Assembly (NCBI RefSeq): GCF_964204645.1
Contig: NC_134031.1
Span: forward strand, 15,487,807-15,551,806
Direction of reading: 5' to 3'
Length of the DNA stretch: 64,000 nucleotides
Origin: Tubulanus polymorphus
Taxonomy: Eukaryota > Animalia > Nemertea
The notes beneath the pieces are model-generated. The model was given only the letters and a program-made list of their open reading frames with translations, searched no databases and was not told the origin of the DNA. Below are positions 25,558 through 38,198 of this stretch, in pieces (positions within the stretch are counted from its first letter, which is position 1; each line of letters starts with the position of its first letter). Both the position numbers and the translations under genes were made by a program.

Positions 25558-28040
25558 ATTCTTATCCTTAACCCTAGGGTTAAATCGTTTGAACATGGAT
25601 TGAGTTAACCCCAGGCTTCAAGATAATACGAGTCAGGATATTCTGCAAAGGCTAACTGATATTTTGACAGGTGGTATATCTGAGAAGCGTAGTTTGAGTG
25701 GCAATCCCAAATATACAAAAATAGCTAATGCACCGGTAATATCTCTTCAACGCGCAGTTTGGAGCCCCGCAATCCATTTCTCCGCGACTGGCTTGTCTAG
25801 GTATAATAGCGTCTGTATCACGACGAGGAATAGAAGGTAATCAACAACTACGAAAGGTTTCATCTTTTTTGTCAAACGAAACCGCAAACAAAAACGTGTA
25901 GCTTCTGGCGAACGACTATCGGGTTGGCAATCTAGTTCGCGTGTCATTGAACCAGTAACTTGATCCAAAGACGACCAAGTTGTTCCGTCTGGTCGTATTT
26001 CAAAGTCAACCAATATTTGCCAGTTATCTATTTTTGAGAAACTTTCATGTATAATGTATACGAATTAATCCTTCAATAGAATCGAATATGTTATCAAGTT
26101 TGGAAAGCGCTTACTTCCGTAAAAGCAGAAGCCCTATAAGTGCATTGTTTAATTATTAATTCCACGGGTTAGTATAATTAAACAGTGTTTGATGAAAGGC
26201 CTTATCTTAATTATAATTTACCGATCGTAACAACAAGCAACGCCTACAAACGGTACAACGGCGTTCGCGTAGGCATTTGGAAGACATAATCCAATTTCCA
26301 TTTCAAACGATGGCAAAAATTACAAATCTATTATTGCCGAGACTTGTATGGCAGCCGATCGTGTTCATTACCCGTTTGATGTGCCATTGATCTTTAACTT
26401 GTCGTCTCTAGATCAATGCTGAAATGGGACCAGTACCAATAATAATAATATGCAAACTATGCCGATAACAAGCATAAATGTAAATCAAGAATACGTTATG
26501 CATGTCCATGTAATCTATATACTTGTGCACTTGTCTCAAATACGTTGATCTACGTTATGACCTTTTTTTCTAAGATCGATGATATCCTGGGACTAGACAT
26601 CTATCTTTTGTCTAATGTCGCTAATTCTACTAAGCAATGGCCGTGTCGTAACCAGTGTTTGCGGATTCATATCAGCCGCAATGAAACTCCGCAATTCTTA
26701 ATTCAATCTAATCCAATTGGAATTAGTTGTACCGGTATGTCACATGTTTGCTGTGGTTGTAAATGTCAATGTGTTAAAAGCCTTATTTATTGTAGGCTGA
26801 CTTATTTATCGAGATGACTCGTAAAAAAGAATACCAATTAGGCCTAACTAGGTATTGCAACCCTTATTTCAAAGCATGCGTATTATGTTAATACTGTAAA
26901 CTAGTTGAACATGGAAATAGTTGAAACAATGACATCTAAATTACAGATTTAAATCTATATTTCATGTCGATGACAGGCTTTTTTAATGTCGATTAAACCA
27001 TAGACTATTAAACGACATTTTGGACCGACGATTGGCGCAACAGACTTCAATAAAAATGGACGTTGACCTTGTATAATAGTTTATCACGAGAACTCGGGGA
27101 GATAAGCACGTTTACCTCCGTAGTTTTTCTTATCAACACTTTGCCTGATCAGGGTTCGTCGAATGTGAGCGTTACGGCCTTTACAATAAAAAAAAGAGTA
27201 AAAAAAACGCATTTCGAAAAGCGTTCAAAAAGCTAATATTTGCTCTCCCACCTGCCAGAGTGGTATGTTTTCCTTCTCCGAAAAAGATAACCGTCTCTTT
27301 TAATTTTCACTTTTTCGATGCAGTATTTCGATATGTTTGGCGTTGATGTAGGGCATTGTCTCGTGTTTTGATATCAAACTAGTAGTTTTAATTCGTTCAA
27401 CTATTTCATACGCCTATATATGTAAATATGTGATAATATTTAACGGGGTTCACCACCTGGTGCCCGAGGTTAAAATCGATGTAATCAATGCAGAATCTTA
27501 TAGGCTTAACTCTTATTTTAATTCGTCGAATGTAATAATAATGTAACGTATAATACATAGCTTTGTCCGTCTATTCTTGGGATAATCATTTCAAATGATT
27601 ACTCCAATGTCTATTCAATAGATGAGTAAATCCACACCCCGCAAATGACATAATGCGTGAACAATTTAATCAACGAGTATATAGGTATATATGGTTGCAT
27701 TGTTTTTTTCCCTAAATCATACGATTTTACGCAAACGATTGGCAGCAGATATTCATAACACCCTTCCTACGTTAAACGCGCTCAAAAGATGGCATTCAGA
27801 GCTTCTGGCGGATAGTCAGCAGCTATTAGAAAAGAAATGAATCCATCGATGCACGCACGATCTTCGTGACTGACTCCAAAAGCAGGTGCTCGGCTGCAGT
27901 ATTCGATCATCCGGCGCGATTCTAGGAAAAATTGTACCGGCGGGGATTAAAAAATGAATAGAATCTGTAATAATCATTTATTGTGACTGCATCTCGACCA
28001 CCAAGATGAAAAGAAGAACGTTTAGAAAAACAAGGCCTAC

Positions 28041-28267
28041 CTGCCACAACTTGAAGCACGTCGCCGGCCGCAAAGTTCGCACAGGGGGCTAGTCTGGCCG
28101 CCGATAAACGGTGGACTCCGACTTCCCGCCGTAGCCGAGGTCACGCGGCGTGGCGTCGAAACCGATTTCGAACGGAATCTCGGTTGTAAATTGTCGTGTA
28201 TGTTAAAAAAGTCCTCGTTGTCCGCCACGACGCACTGACGTAAATCCGAACTACTGAGATGGTGCAT
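28041..28267 (-). CDS. GARNL3: Candidate alternative first coding exon (1b): MHHLSSSDLRQC...RFRSKSVSTP...RRRASSCG
   Basis: AAAATG start with an in-frame stop at 28289-28291. 227 nt = 75 codons + 2, ending CAG|GTAGGC (phase 2). A poly-T/TAG acceptor lies upstream at 28478-28490. Confidence 0.6.
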
Positions 28268-31200
28268 TTTCCGCGGCGCGATTTTTTTTCAACAGTTCGT
28301 GCTCAGAGCCGTCGATCTATCGCGTATAACGCCCGCTCGACGGTGTCTAATTAATGCGCTGGTGCCTGATGCCGAGTTCTCGATGTATTGTGCCGTAGCG
28401 ACGAATGTCTCGCGCAAAATTCTGACTCGATGTGAATTCACCCTATATTGCAGTCGGTTGTGTATAGAAGAGAAAATCTATAAAAAAAAATCGTCGACGA
28501 ATGCCTGGCTTTAACACCATATGCGAGTGAATGTAAGTCAACGCATTTTCGACGGAACACTTATGAAACCCAGATCGTCGTGTTTACCTATTATTCAACG
28601 TTTATTTGAACTAGCGTTGACTGGAAAAAATGAACTGTGCACACCGGCATTACGTGAACGAACCGAAATTCAATGACAGGCACTCCTTTACGAGCTGCGA
28701 ATCAGTCGCTGGTTGGTGAGGAGATTTTCTTGTTGTAAGCTAGTAGCGTCGATGCGGGGGGCTGTCTATCCGGTTTTTTCAAGACACGCGCGGTGGTAAC
28801 GACACGGCGACTCGCGTGTCGTGCATAGACTCCGCGACAGTCCGCTATCAACGATATCATAAGTCGGCGACGCAAACTAAAGAAAATCGATTAAAACTAT
28901 TGCGACAAACCGGAGATATTTCCCCCAATGGTCGAGGGATCGGTGACAGTTAGAACGCCTTAAACTACATGTACATCTCCGTGATTTAAATATATATGCG
29001 CAAATTATTCTATGCAAAATACATTGTATAATACATTGTAACTGACATGACGTATAAATCTATTCTACACGAAACCGACGATGATGATCCATCTTCGTGA
29101 CGTATTCGTTCCTTTGTGCAAACGATAATATCCATGAAATTGCATACCGCGCGCTCAGGCCTGCCGAGGACACGTCGGATGTCGCGCGCACTGGTCTGAC
29201 AGAATTGGAAACAACCACGTGTACGTGCATCGTCGCATCGCGCAGATTTTTGCGCTTCACTTCCGGTTATGAAATCTGATGATATATCACCGCTGCGCAT
29301 ACCCGTCTGCGGTGAAGCCCGTCTTCAAACGTGAAAGCAATAAAAAGCCCTTAAAAATCACACAGTGATATGCCCAAAATGGTTTTGTACACTTTTGTAT
29401 GAGATTTAAATGTTTCCTGAATTTTCCCTTCATTTATTAATTTTTCAGTAATTTAAGGAATATTTGAGTCTACGTAATCAGACTTACATTACATAAAACC
29501 TATATATAGATTATGATTTTTGTAAAATGAAAATTTTCTTTTTGTGTTTTTCTAGCCTTTACGTCCGTTTTGTGATGAATGCAATGTGGACGGGTGCTTC
29601 TGGGCGACAGAGCTTATAGATAGGTTGACTCTAGTCTCATTTTCTCCTTCATAACCAACAAAATTTTGCAAATATTTCCAAGAATGTAAATTCAAATGAG
29701 ATGAGATTTCTATTCTGTTCTATTCTATTCATATCACTGCTCAGTGAGGATCTAGATATGTTTCAGGGTGTTTCGGCTCTTGGGTTAACCAGGGGCGGGC
29801 GCAGGCCGGAAAACCCCGTTAACCGTGGTTAGTGGCTTATCCGTGTTGGTTTATAGGCTAACCAGCTTAAAATAAGAGGCCGCGCGAATACAATGGAGTT
29901 AGCTAACTGCGATTTCCTGCGCCCATTTATGCCTAAACCATACAGTACTAACCACGATTGGCACTAACAGTGTTTTCCTTCGCCCATCCCAGCGTATCAA
30001 TATTGAAAGTTCAGATCGGATACTTTCCTCGTTTCGCAGAGCGACTGGCAGTCGGTCTGCGTTTTAGATCGGTTCGTATAGATACCAATCGATCTCGCTC
30101 CTCTGCAAAGAATCGCGGTTATATCGCGTTTGAAAGCTGTTACACAAAACCAAAAATCATCGAATAGAATATTTGTTTCTTATCTTTGATTAGTACGCGG
30201 TTTAAATGTAGTTTTGAATTCAAAGAACGTTTGTGAATCAGACATGTTTTTGCGCTGCATAGAGTTTTTTCTTTTTATAAGAAACGATCGTGTATCTATT
30301 CTAGGCTTTTGTGCGTAGTGAATCTAATTGAGTGAATGAAGAAATAGAAAAAAAAACAGGTATACTATACCACAATAACATACGATATCAGCTCAATCTG
30401 GCGCGAGTAGTATTACGTATATACTATATATAATACGGCTTATATGTATGATCTCGAATAGATGTATTAAGTACTAGATTAACCGAGCATGAAATAAAAC
30501 ATTCCAAAATTACACGTAAACCCTTTATTTTCGGAGTCATCTACACACCGAGAAGACCGAGAATATTAGTAACTAACGATATACCACGCCGCGGTGTAGA
30601 CGCACTATTGTCGTATTCCCGTTATTCAACACACTAGGGTCGAATTTTTCAAAATTTTCAAATTGTCTCCAGCACTATAGGGTATTGATTAGTCAGCACT
30701 GAAAGGGTTAATCAATCATGTATTATGAATTAAAACTCAGTGGATGCAGTCGAGCCTCGTTAATACGTTTCGGCTTACAACGAAAACCTCTGCTTATCGT
30801 ATTTTCCTATAGAAATATTTCATTTGCTTAGTTCGATCACGCTACTACGAAATTCCCGGTAATACGGTCTTGTATTTTACGATTTCCTATTCATTTCATT
30901 TCTATAGTAAATAAAAATGCCTAGTACTAAGGTCCATAATGAGTTCCCACTTTTTTAAAGTTGAACTCGATCCGCATGCTTCGTTGGCGCTGACCACACA
31001 GTGTGCAATTAACTTCTCTATGGCTTGTCTGTTAGTATCTTATGGAATTATCGAATGGCTAATACGATATTCGGTTAGTACAATGATTTTTCATTTTCCA
31101 ACGGACTGAATTCACCTAAATCTTATTTCAAATATCGAAAGTCAGGCTTTGGATGCTTGTTTTATACATTACGTGCGTCATAACTTACGAAATTGGACGC

Positions 31201-31571
31201 GATATCATTTGCACATATTCCAAACGCGTTCTTTCTATTCAAATGAATCATTTCGGATCTGTTTTTGTTTTTCCGGTGAAACGATATCATTTCCTAATCG
31301 CCCGATGGGTTGAATAACGAAGTGCAATGAAAGAAGTGCTACTCCTACGTTGCCTGTGGTATGCCGGATAAGAACAACAACAATATCCCATTGAAACTGG
31401 CGGGATGTAGATTCTAAAACTCAATAAATACGTTCGTCCCCTACCTTTTGAATTTCAGCATTCTCGAGGTCATCCTTAGAGAATTTTCTCGAGAGTAACT
31501 TTAATATCAAAGTTTTCTAGAAACACCTATCCATTCGTAATGGCACTCAACTCCTTAAGCTCTACACGCGT

Positions 31572-31573
<2 letters not shown>

Positions 31574-31625
<52 letters not shown>
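31574..31625. repeat. (TA)n microsatellite
   Basis: Directly visible. Confidence 0.97.
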
Positions 31626-31627
<2 letters not shown>

Positions 31628-33339
31628 TTATTTAAAAGTTAAACGCGTTAAGTTGCGTAGGTATTACATAGTACGCACTACTGCAATACTTAAATAACAT
31701 TAGAACATACGGTACGTAAATAAAAACACGTTCCAGATGAACGCTTGACAAATATTGATTAGTGTAAATCAATATTTCTTCGTCTCCGAACGGTAATGCA
31801 TGTGCAGCGTATACATATGCATATATACTGAAATAATCGGATATTTCGGTGGTGAACACGATCGGTTTGTCTGAAATACTCAGGTACTCATTGGCAAATA
31901 CGCGAGTATGCTTTTTTGATCAGTTTTGTCAGTCCTTTTAAGAATTTACTAAGAAATAGAGCGAACATTTCGCATCTAAACCACATGAAAACTATATTGT
32001 ATAGAAGACAGGTGATTCTAGAGGAAGAGTTCTATCATTATCTATTTTGACGATGCAAAGTTTCCGCAAATAGCGTTTTCATGCGCACGCCGCGCTAACG
32101 TACAAATACTTCGATAAAAGATTGAAAACACGCAGCACGCATAAACTGTCGAATGAAGAACTCGATTTTAGCTGATATCCCTGAGGCTACGACCGTTCGG
32201 TTGTTGGTGACATTGAATTTGAAATTCGAACCGTTGTTGTCGAATGTTGTTTGACAAGAATTCCTAGAATTCAAAATATTGCACTCGACCCCGGTGCCTG
32301 AAACATTGCAATACGATATACCACAGATCGAAAATGCGTACGACGTGTCAACACAAAATGTTGAATGAAACTTCAGAAACATATGCCATAAGGCCCAATG
32401 CACCCTAGGCCGAAATCATAATATTTCTAACGAAACATTTTCGTAAATGTGCGAACAGATCGATTCCTAGAATAAAAGTTCATATTTTATCAATGTGTAT
32501 ATTTTTGTTCACATATTTCTGCAACGAAACCAGAAACCGAATGGGAATATTGACGTGATAGAAAAAATAGTTATGTAAAAAAAACCACTACCTGTTTACC
32601 TAGCGTCTTAGAGATACATATTTGAATTAGATTCGTAAAGTATATCGACTTGAAGAAACGACTGTCAAACAACTGGTTCTCATATATAAGAGATAACTTT
32701 ATTCACCCTGACAAGCAACTCGACGACTGAATCGCCATCTACTGGAATGAGTATCAACTATTTCATACATCGATTGATGCTGCAACGAACATCTTTCACC
32801 GCACGGTGGCGCATTGGTCGACCATTTGATTCTGAAAACGGTTGGAGTCGGAATAAATTCGATCGTATCGTATTCAAGGATCCGTTTCTTCAATAGATAC
32901 TGATTCGATATGCACTAATCTTAGGCAACAAAAATGGTATTAGGTAAGAGAAGCATTCTATTGAATTTTATGATGACTTTTTCAAGTAACTAGTTTATTT
33001 GAATCTAAGATCGGGTCTTATACTTAAATTGTGAGAGGAATTTTCAAACCTTCATTTAGATAGAGATGATGGAAGATGCCCCGTTTGTAATATTTTAGGT
33101 GACGTATATAATATTTCCCTTTGTGTACCATTACAGAAATGATTAAGTAGTAGATGAATTCGTATTTGTATCCATCTGTCGATAGCCATTTCACAGTCTC
33201 CATCGTCAACACGCGATATTTTTACAACTTAGCCGGGTCGTTGTGAGGACAGCTAAACTCTCTGACACCGAGTTCAGCTATTTTGGTTTTATCCGCAGAG
33301 GTCGAACCTGCGGCAGATAAAAGACGAATCCATACCGAT

Positions 33340-33965
33340 GGATCTCAAAATCAGTGGGGTGATGATGTCGCGTTCACAATCAGTACGGAGTGACAAGCTG
33401 GTTCGAGTCCTGCTGGCTATTAACAGTGCACGCGCGGGCAACGCTCCGTAGTGAGATTTACTTCAAAGGCTGCTGCTTCGTAGTGAGGTTGAATTAACGA
33501 TCGATTAGGATTAGTCTCGGGAAACCAAGATCCGAACGACGTTAATCAAAACAAACTAACATATGTATTGTTTCTCTATTAGGACGAATAGTCCTTTGAC
33601 ATTATTTTGAGTGGAATCTTAATTGCTTTAGATGCCTGTTTGATATGGAGCTGTAGGCGAGATTTTGGAACAGTAATGCCACTCCTACTACATACTTTTC
33701 GACAGTATCGAATTCGAACTTTAGAAACAAATGAACTACCGCCTCGGAAGCTCAGTAGGATAAAGATGTGATGCCTTTGCATTCACTAAGCGGGTTCGAG
33801 TCCTGCTGGCTGCTAATAGAGCGCTAGAGTAACACTGCTATCCCATCCAGTGGTTAAATAATGTACGCATTCAATAAATATCCAATAGGGTTATTAGTCT
33901 TGGGAAACCAAGAACCCACATCCGAGTCTCGATGACATGTCAGGTTCGAATCCCTGCCGAGGGAG
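33340..33965 (+). mobile_element. Cluster of tRNA-derived SINE copies
   Basis: Two units share the B-box GGTTCGAGTCCTGCTGGCT (about 33400 and 33793) and TTAGTCT.GGGAAACCAAGA about 100-110 nt later. A-box AGCTCAGTAGG at about 33749. A third B-box at about 33943. Confidence 0.6.
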
Positions 33966-34808
33966 GATGCCAAGAACCGTGAAACAAAACAAAACAAATC
34001 GGAATAGAAAAAAGTCCCGTAAAACGAATTGTTTCAAGCACTCCCCGATGGACTTGGGATACGGCAGTTCCTGAAGTTTGTTAGTATTTTGTGATGTCGC
34101 CGTGGTGTGGAGCCAGCGGCCACTATCTTTTTAAACGTTTCTGGAGCAAGACGTTTTTTTCTCTGATTTATTGCAGAATAACAACTCAAAACACAGAGAT
34201 ACATTATCAATATCCAGGGCCCAAGCCCATCGGCGCCTGTGGTTTCCTCGACAAAAAGCGAAGCGGCGTAAAAATGGCCGTAATCCGACGATGCACCTGG
34301 ATGCGCACGTGACCTGTTTGCGCGGTATAGATCGCAATCCGTTTATCACCGCCTACGGTGTGTTTTCAACTTGATTACTGGGCGCCATCGATCCTGTGTA
34401 ACTAGCTCGCTATACCTTAATCAATCATACATTTATCCGTACACTAAAGCAATGAATTGGCTGGCTTTAGAGCGTCACGGCGTTGTTCGTATACGAAAGG
34501 TCCATTTCCATCATTTCATTGCCTATTCTGTACGTAAGTGATCGTAATAATGTAACATGATAATACCCCCCGACAACTTGACACTGGGAGCGGAAATGAT
34601 CCTATATCCGCCCTCCTTGACCGGGATTATAGGCAATTCATACATCCTCCTTCACCTTAGCAATTCAAACATTCAAAACTACTGTATCGGGTGGTCACGG
34701 GGTTCGCCATGTTGGTTGCGTGCAGAAAAAGACATCGACGAATAAATAGGCCTAAATGCATGTATTGGGAGAGTGCCGAAAAATTGAGGTTTATGGGACC
34801 CTTTATAG

Positions 34809-34953
34809 TAATAATAATGATAATGATAAAGATAAGCATAAGGATAAGGATAAGGATAAGGGTAATGGTAATGGTAATGGTAAGGATAGTGACAAGGATA
34901 AGGAAGGATAACGATAACGATAACGATAATGATAACGATAATGATAATAATAA
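34809..34953. repeat. Compound microsatellite (ATA / ATAAGG / GTAATG / ATAACG)
   Basis: Directly visible. Confidence 0.92.
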
Positions 34954-35860
34954 TTAATGACAAATTCATTTATCAATGTACTAGATCTTTATAATGCCTT
35001 AATGTTCACTTATCCTACATAACTGAAAGGACATCCCCAAGCCTCAAAAAGGGGGAATGCCCTTAATGGGGAGAGATTTTCTCGATCGGGCTCTTCGTGT
35101 CAACCGCGTAATGTTCTAACACTATCTTGAGAGAAGAGGGATTTTAATATATTGTGAAAAGGTTTTCTACGCCTGTCGCATGTATCGGGGACTTCGTATG
35201 CGTGCAATGCCGCGACGTGTCTTTTCGCTTTTATGTTTTTCCAGCTGCAAAAGCAATCAAGTAAAGATAGAGTAATTCCCTTTTCCTCCATTGATTTAAC
35301 TCTAGCGACATTTACACAAATGTAATTGATTTCGGGCATTCGATAAACAACGCACGTGAAGCAACGCCGCAATACGGAGATACAGCAACGACTTTATCTA
35401 TATTTATGAACTGAGATCTGTGCGCGTGTGTGTGTATGGATGAATTCACAGCGGTATCGAACTAATTTTCAAGAAGAGTGTCGCCGAGTGCTTGCTTCAT
35501 CTTGTATTATTAGGATGTGGCCACTAATCGCTAGTCAAACTGTACATCAGTCCCCGTGAATATTCATTACTCTGGTGGTGATTCTTTTGTCCTATCTAAA
35601 CTTGTCGATCATTATTCATGCATAGGAGGCGATTCATTCGTCATACATCAAAGAATATTAGCGCTCGATGTTTATGTATGAGTCTTCGTCGCTTGCAATA
35701 CCAAAAATCGGTGCGCTAATCACCTAAAATGAGACCCTATTTCGTGTTTTGACTGCCACCTGACGATCATTATTCTCGACGCGCAATGGTCACCGCGCGC
35801 GGCTCTATCGCTGCGCAAGAAATTTCTCCCAGCCTTCTTCCGCATAAAAACATTATGCGC

Positions 35861-35977
35861 GTGACGTCACAGCGCTTCGTCGTAATATTTTTTGTCGAGC
35901 GCCGAGTGGTTGTCTGAAGGAAAACGTCACAGTGTGGCGGCCAACATGACGTTAACGAACAATGAATGTGACGTCAC
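35861..35977. promoter_or_regulatory. CRE cluster, candidate enhancer
   Basis: GTGACGTCAC at 35861-35870 and 35968-35977, plus half sites at 35924-35930 and 35947-35952. Confidence 0.4.
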
Positions 35978-36997
35978 TAATATGCTTGGCCAGGCGCACC
36001 CCGTTATAACCGCGGTTTGTAAATTGTGGTTAGGCAACGATGGCCACTATCCACGGTTAGGCAAACAGGGTTTTCCTTGCCCATTAACGCCTCTGGTGAT
36101 ACAGTAAGCTTTGCGATGTCGCCAACTCGGGACGAATAAAACGAAATCAATTTTCTGACTTGCAAACGTATTTTCTGACACAATTCACACTTTTGCTTAA
36201 TTCGTTCCAATTTCGCTGGGCCCAGTTTGTCGAGTTAGACGAGGCTTATTGTAGGTGTTTTTGGTTGCCACAATTCAATGATTTTGAGCCCGGTATCTTA
36301 ACTCGCTCGAATAACTTTTTGAGCAGCTTTGAAAAATCGTTAGTATTGAGTATCGACCGCTTTTGACCGAAAAGCAAGACTTTCTCGTTAGCGTTACGTT
36401 GAAGACGTCACGAATATGCCCTTTATAACCCTAATCAGTCTGATGCCGCGTGTCAATGATATTCACTATGTAGTGTCCCGGGATGGTACGAATTCTGCTG
36501 AATAATTGAACGCATGTCGGGCAAGTTACATACATAAACAAAATACCGGCGCCGTATTAGGGCATTAATTTCTTCGGTGATGTGTTGCGCCACGCCACCA
36601 TCCAATAACAACTGTTCATAATAATGATCTGCGTCCATTTCGAATATTTCATGCAGATCCGTTTCCTAAATGCCATGGTTTAAGCAATCTTCTCCAAATC
36701 GGTAATAAACGAAATTATTCATCACCCGTTGATAAATACCCAGTCTCTGCGTCGTCGTGTGATCTATTCTTATCGGTGGTTTCTTTGATATTTGAGGATG
36801 ACATTAATTTTGCGCGTCACGCTGACTTTTTACCGAAGGAACAGTGTTTTGCATCGATTGTAGTAAAAGGGTTAGTGGAAGGGGTCCCTAGGGATTCAAT
36901 GATTAAGTTGGCGATTTTTAGATTTCCATTATAACCATCAGGTGTTGTTCAACGCGCGCTGTTGGTTTTATGTTGTTGTTTTTACGAATGGAAAACT

Positions 36998-37110
36998 CTG
37001 GCCCGGTTTTATAGACTGGCATTACATTTAACCCGGGGCTTAACTCAACTCATTTTCGATTGAGTTAGCCATCGGGTTAAAGATAGTAACGGCCTATAAA
37101 ACCGACCGCA
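36998..37110. mobile_element. About 110-bp palindromic MITE; second copy at 60707-60820
   Basis: Terminal inverted repeats GGCCCGGTTTTATAGACTGG / CTATAAAACCG, shared with the 60.7 kb copy. Confidence 0.7.
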
Positions 37111-38041
37111 GGGTCCAATTCCACAGTTCCGAGTTACGATTTAATTCTGCATTAACTTATTGAAAATGAATTAACTTTATCTCAGAGTTTACTCTAACTT
37201 ACAACTGGTGATTTCGGGCCGCCACGACAACACTGATCATTTTCGACGTTTTAGAATTACGTCCGTTATACACAGTTTGTTTTGTTTTGCCAGATTAAGC
37301 AGGCATTTTCCATTAACTTAAACGAGAATTATGCGCAAATGAAGACTCATATACCGCCGGGGGTATATGCAATGTTCGTGTCGAGCGCGTTGCACCAGAA
37401 TAACACAAGCCTCGGGTTGCACCGCGCGATGTAACAAGTTGCAATTTTCAAAAATGCGGAGTCGCGACACAGCCATCTACGACGATTGTTTGCATTTCGT
37501 CTTTGATGTGAACACTCCGTTTTCTAGTGAAACCGACGAGCAGCAATTTCCATTAAACTCATCTGCCCTGAGTCAAGTGTCTGACTGTTCGCGCGCGCTC
37601 GCAAAAACGACAGAATTCGTCGTCTCGTGAAAATCGAACCCGAAGGCGAATAAATTAAGGGACAATCGGCGAAACGTGGGCTTTAATTAGATTTTGCGGA
37701 TCAAATCAAATGCGCATTTTCTAGAGAAAGAAACATTTACCCGCCAACGCATGTGATGATTTAAGAAATGACCTATATGAAAACAATCGAAGGCGCACTA
37801 AATGTGAAACAACGATTCTTCAAATATCGAAGTTTCAAGACTTGTTCTAACAAATCGTAAAATTACTAAATACCTCTGTATCTATATTGATAGGTGTTGT
37901 CCTTACGATGGAAAGGTAATCTACGATGATATGACATTTTGTGCCTCGTAACGTAAGCCTTTTATAGGCTGGTTTTACTTATAAAGATGACACTATGATA
38001 CATTCCCTGACCCCGGTCTCTTAAATGGGTGGCAAAATATG

Positions 38042-38198
38042 ACGGAAGCGATAAGGGGCCTCGAATTGTCGAGCGTCATCTCAACAAGTCGCCATAGTTA
38101 TGTCGACGTATGACGTCAATTCGATGTGAATATGTCGACATATCGTGACCTTTCGTGACATAATTATGGCGGAAATCGAGGCCCCTTATCGCTTTCGT
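38042..38198. mobile_element. MITE with 19-bp perfect inverted repeat; longer relative at 51444-51842
   Basis: AAGCGATAAGGGGCCTCGA (38046-38064) / TCGAGGCCCCTTATCGCTT (38176-38194), with internal TGTCGAC repeats. Confidence 0.75.

Noticed and set aside
33785-33840. Superficial resemblance to a twister ribozyme
   Set aside because: Pseudoknot pairings are not satisfied; better explained as a SINE B-box.
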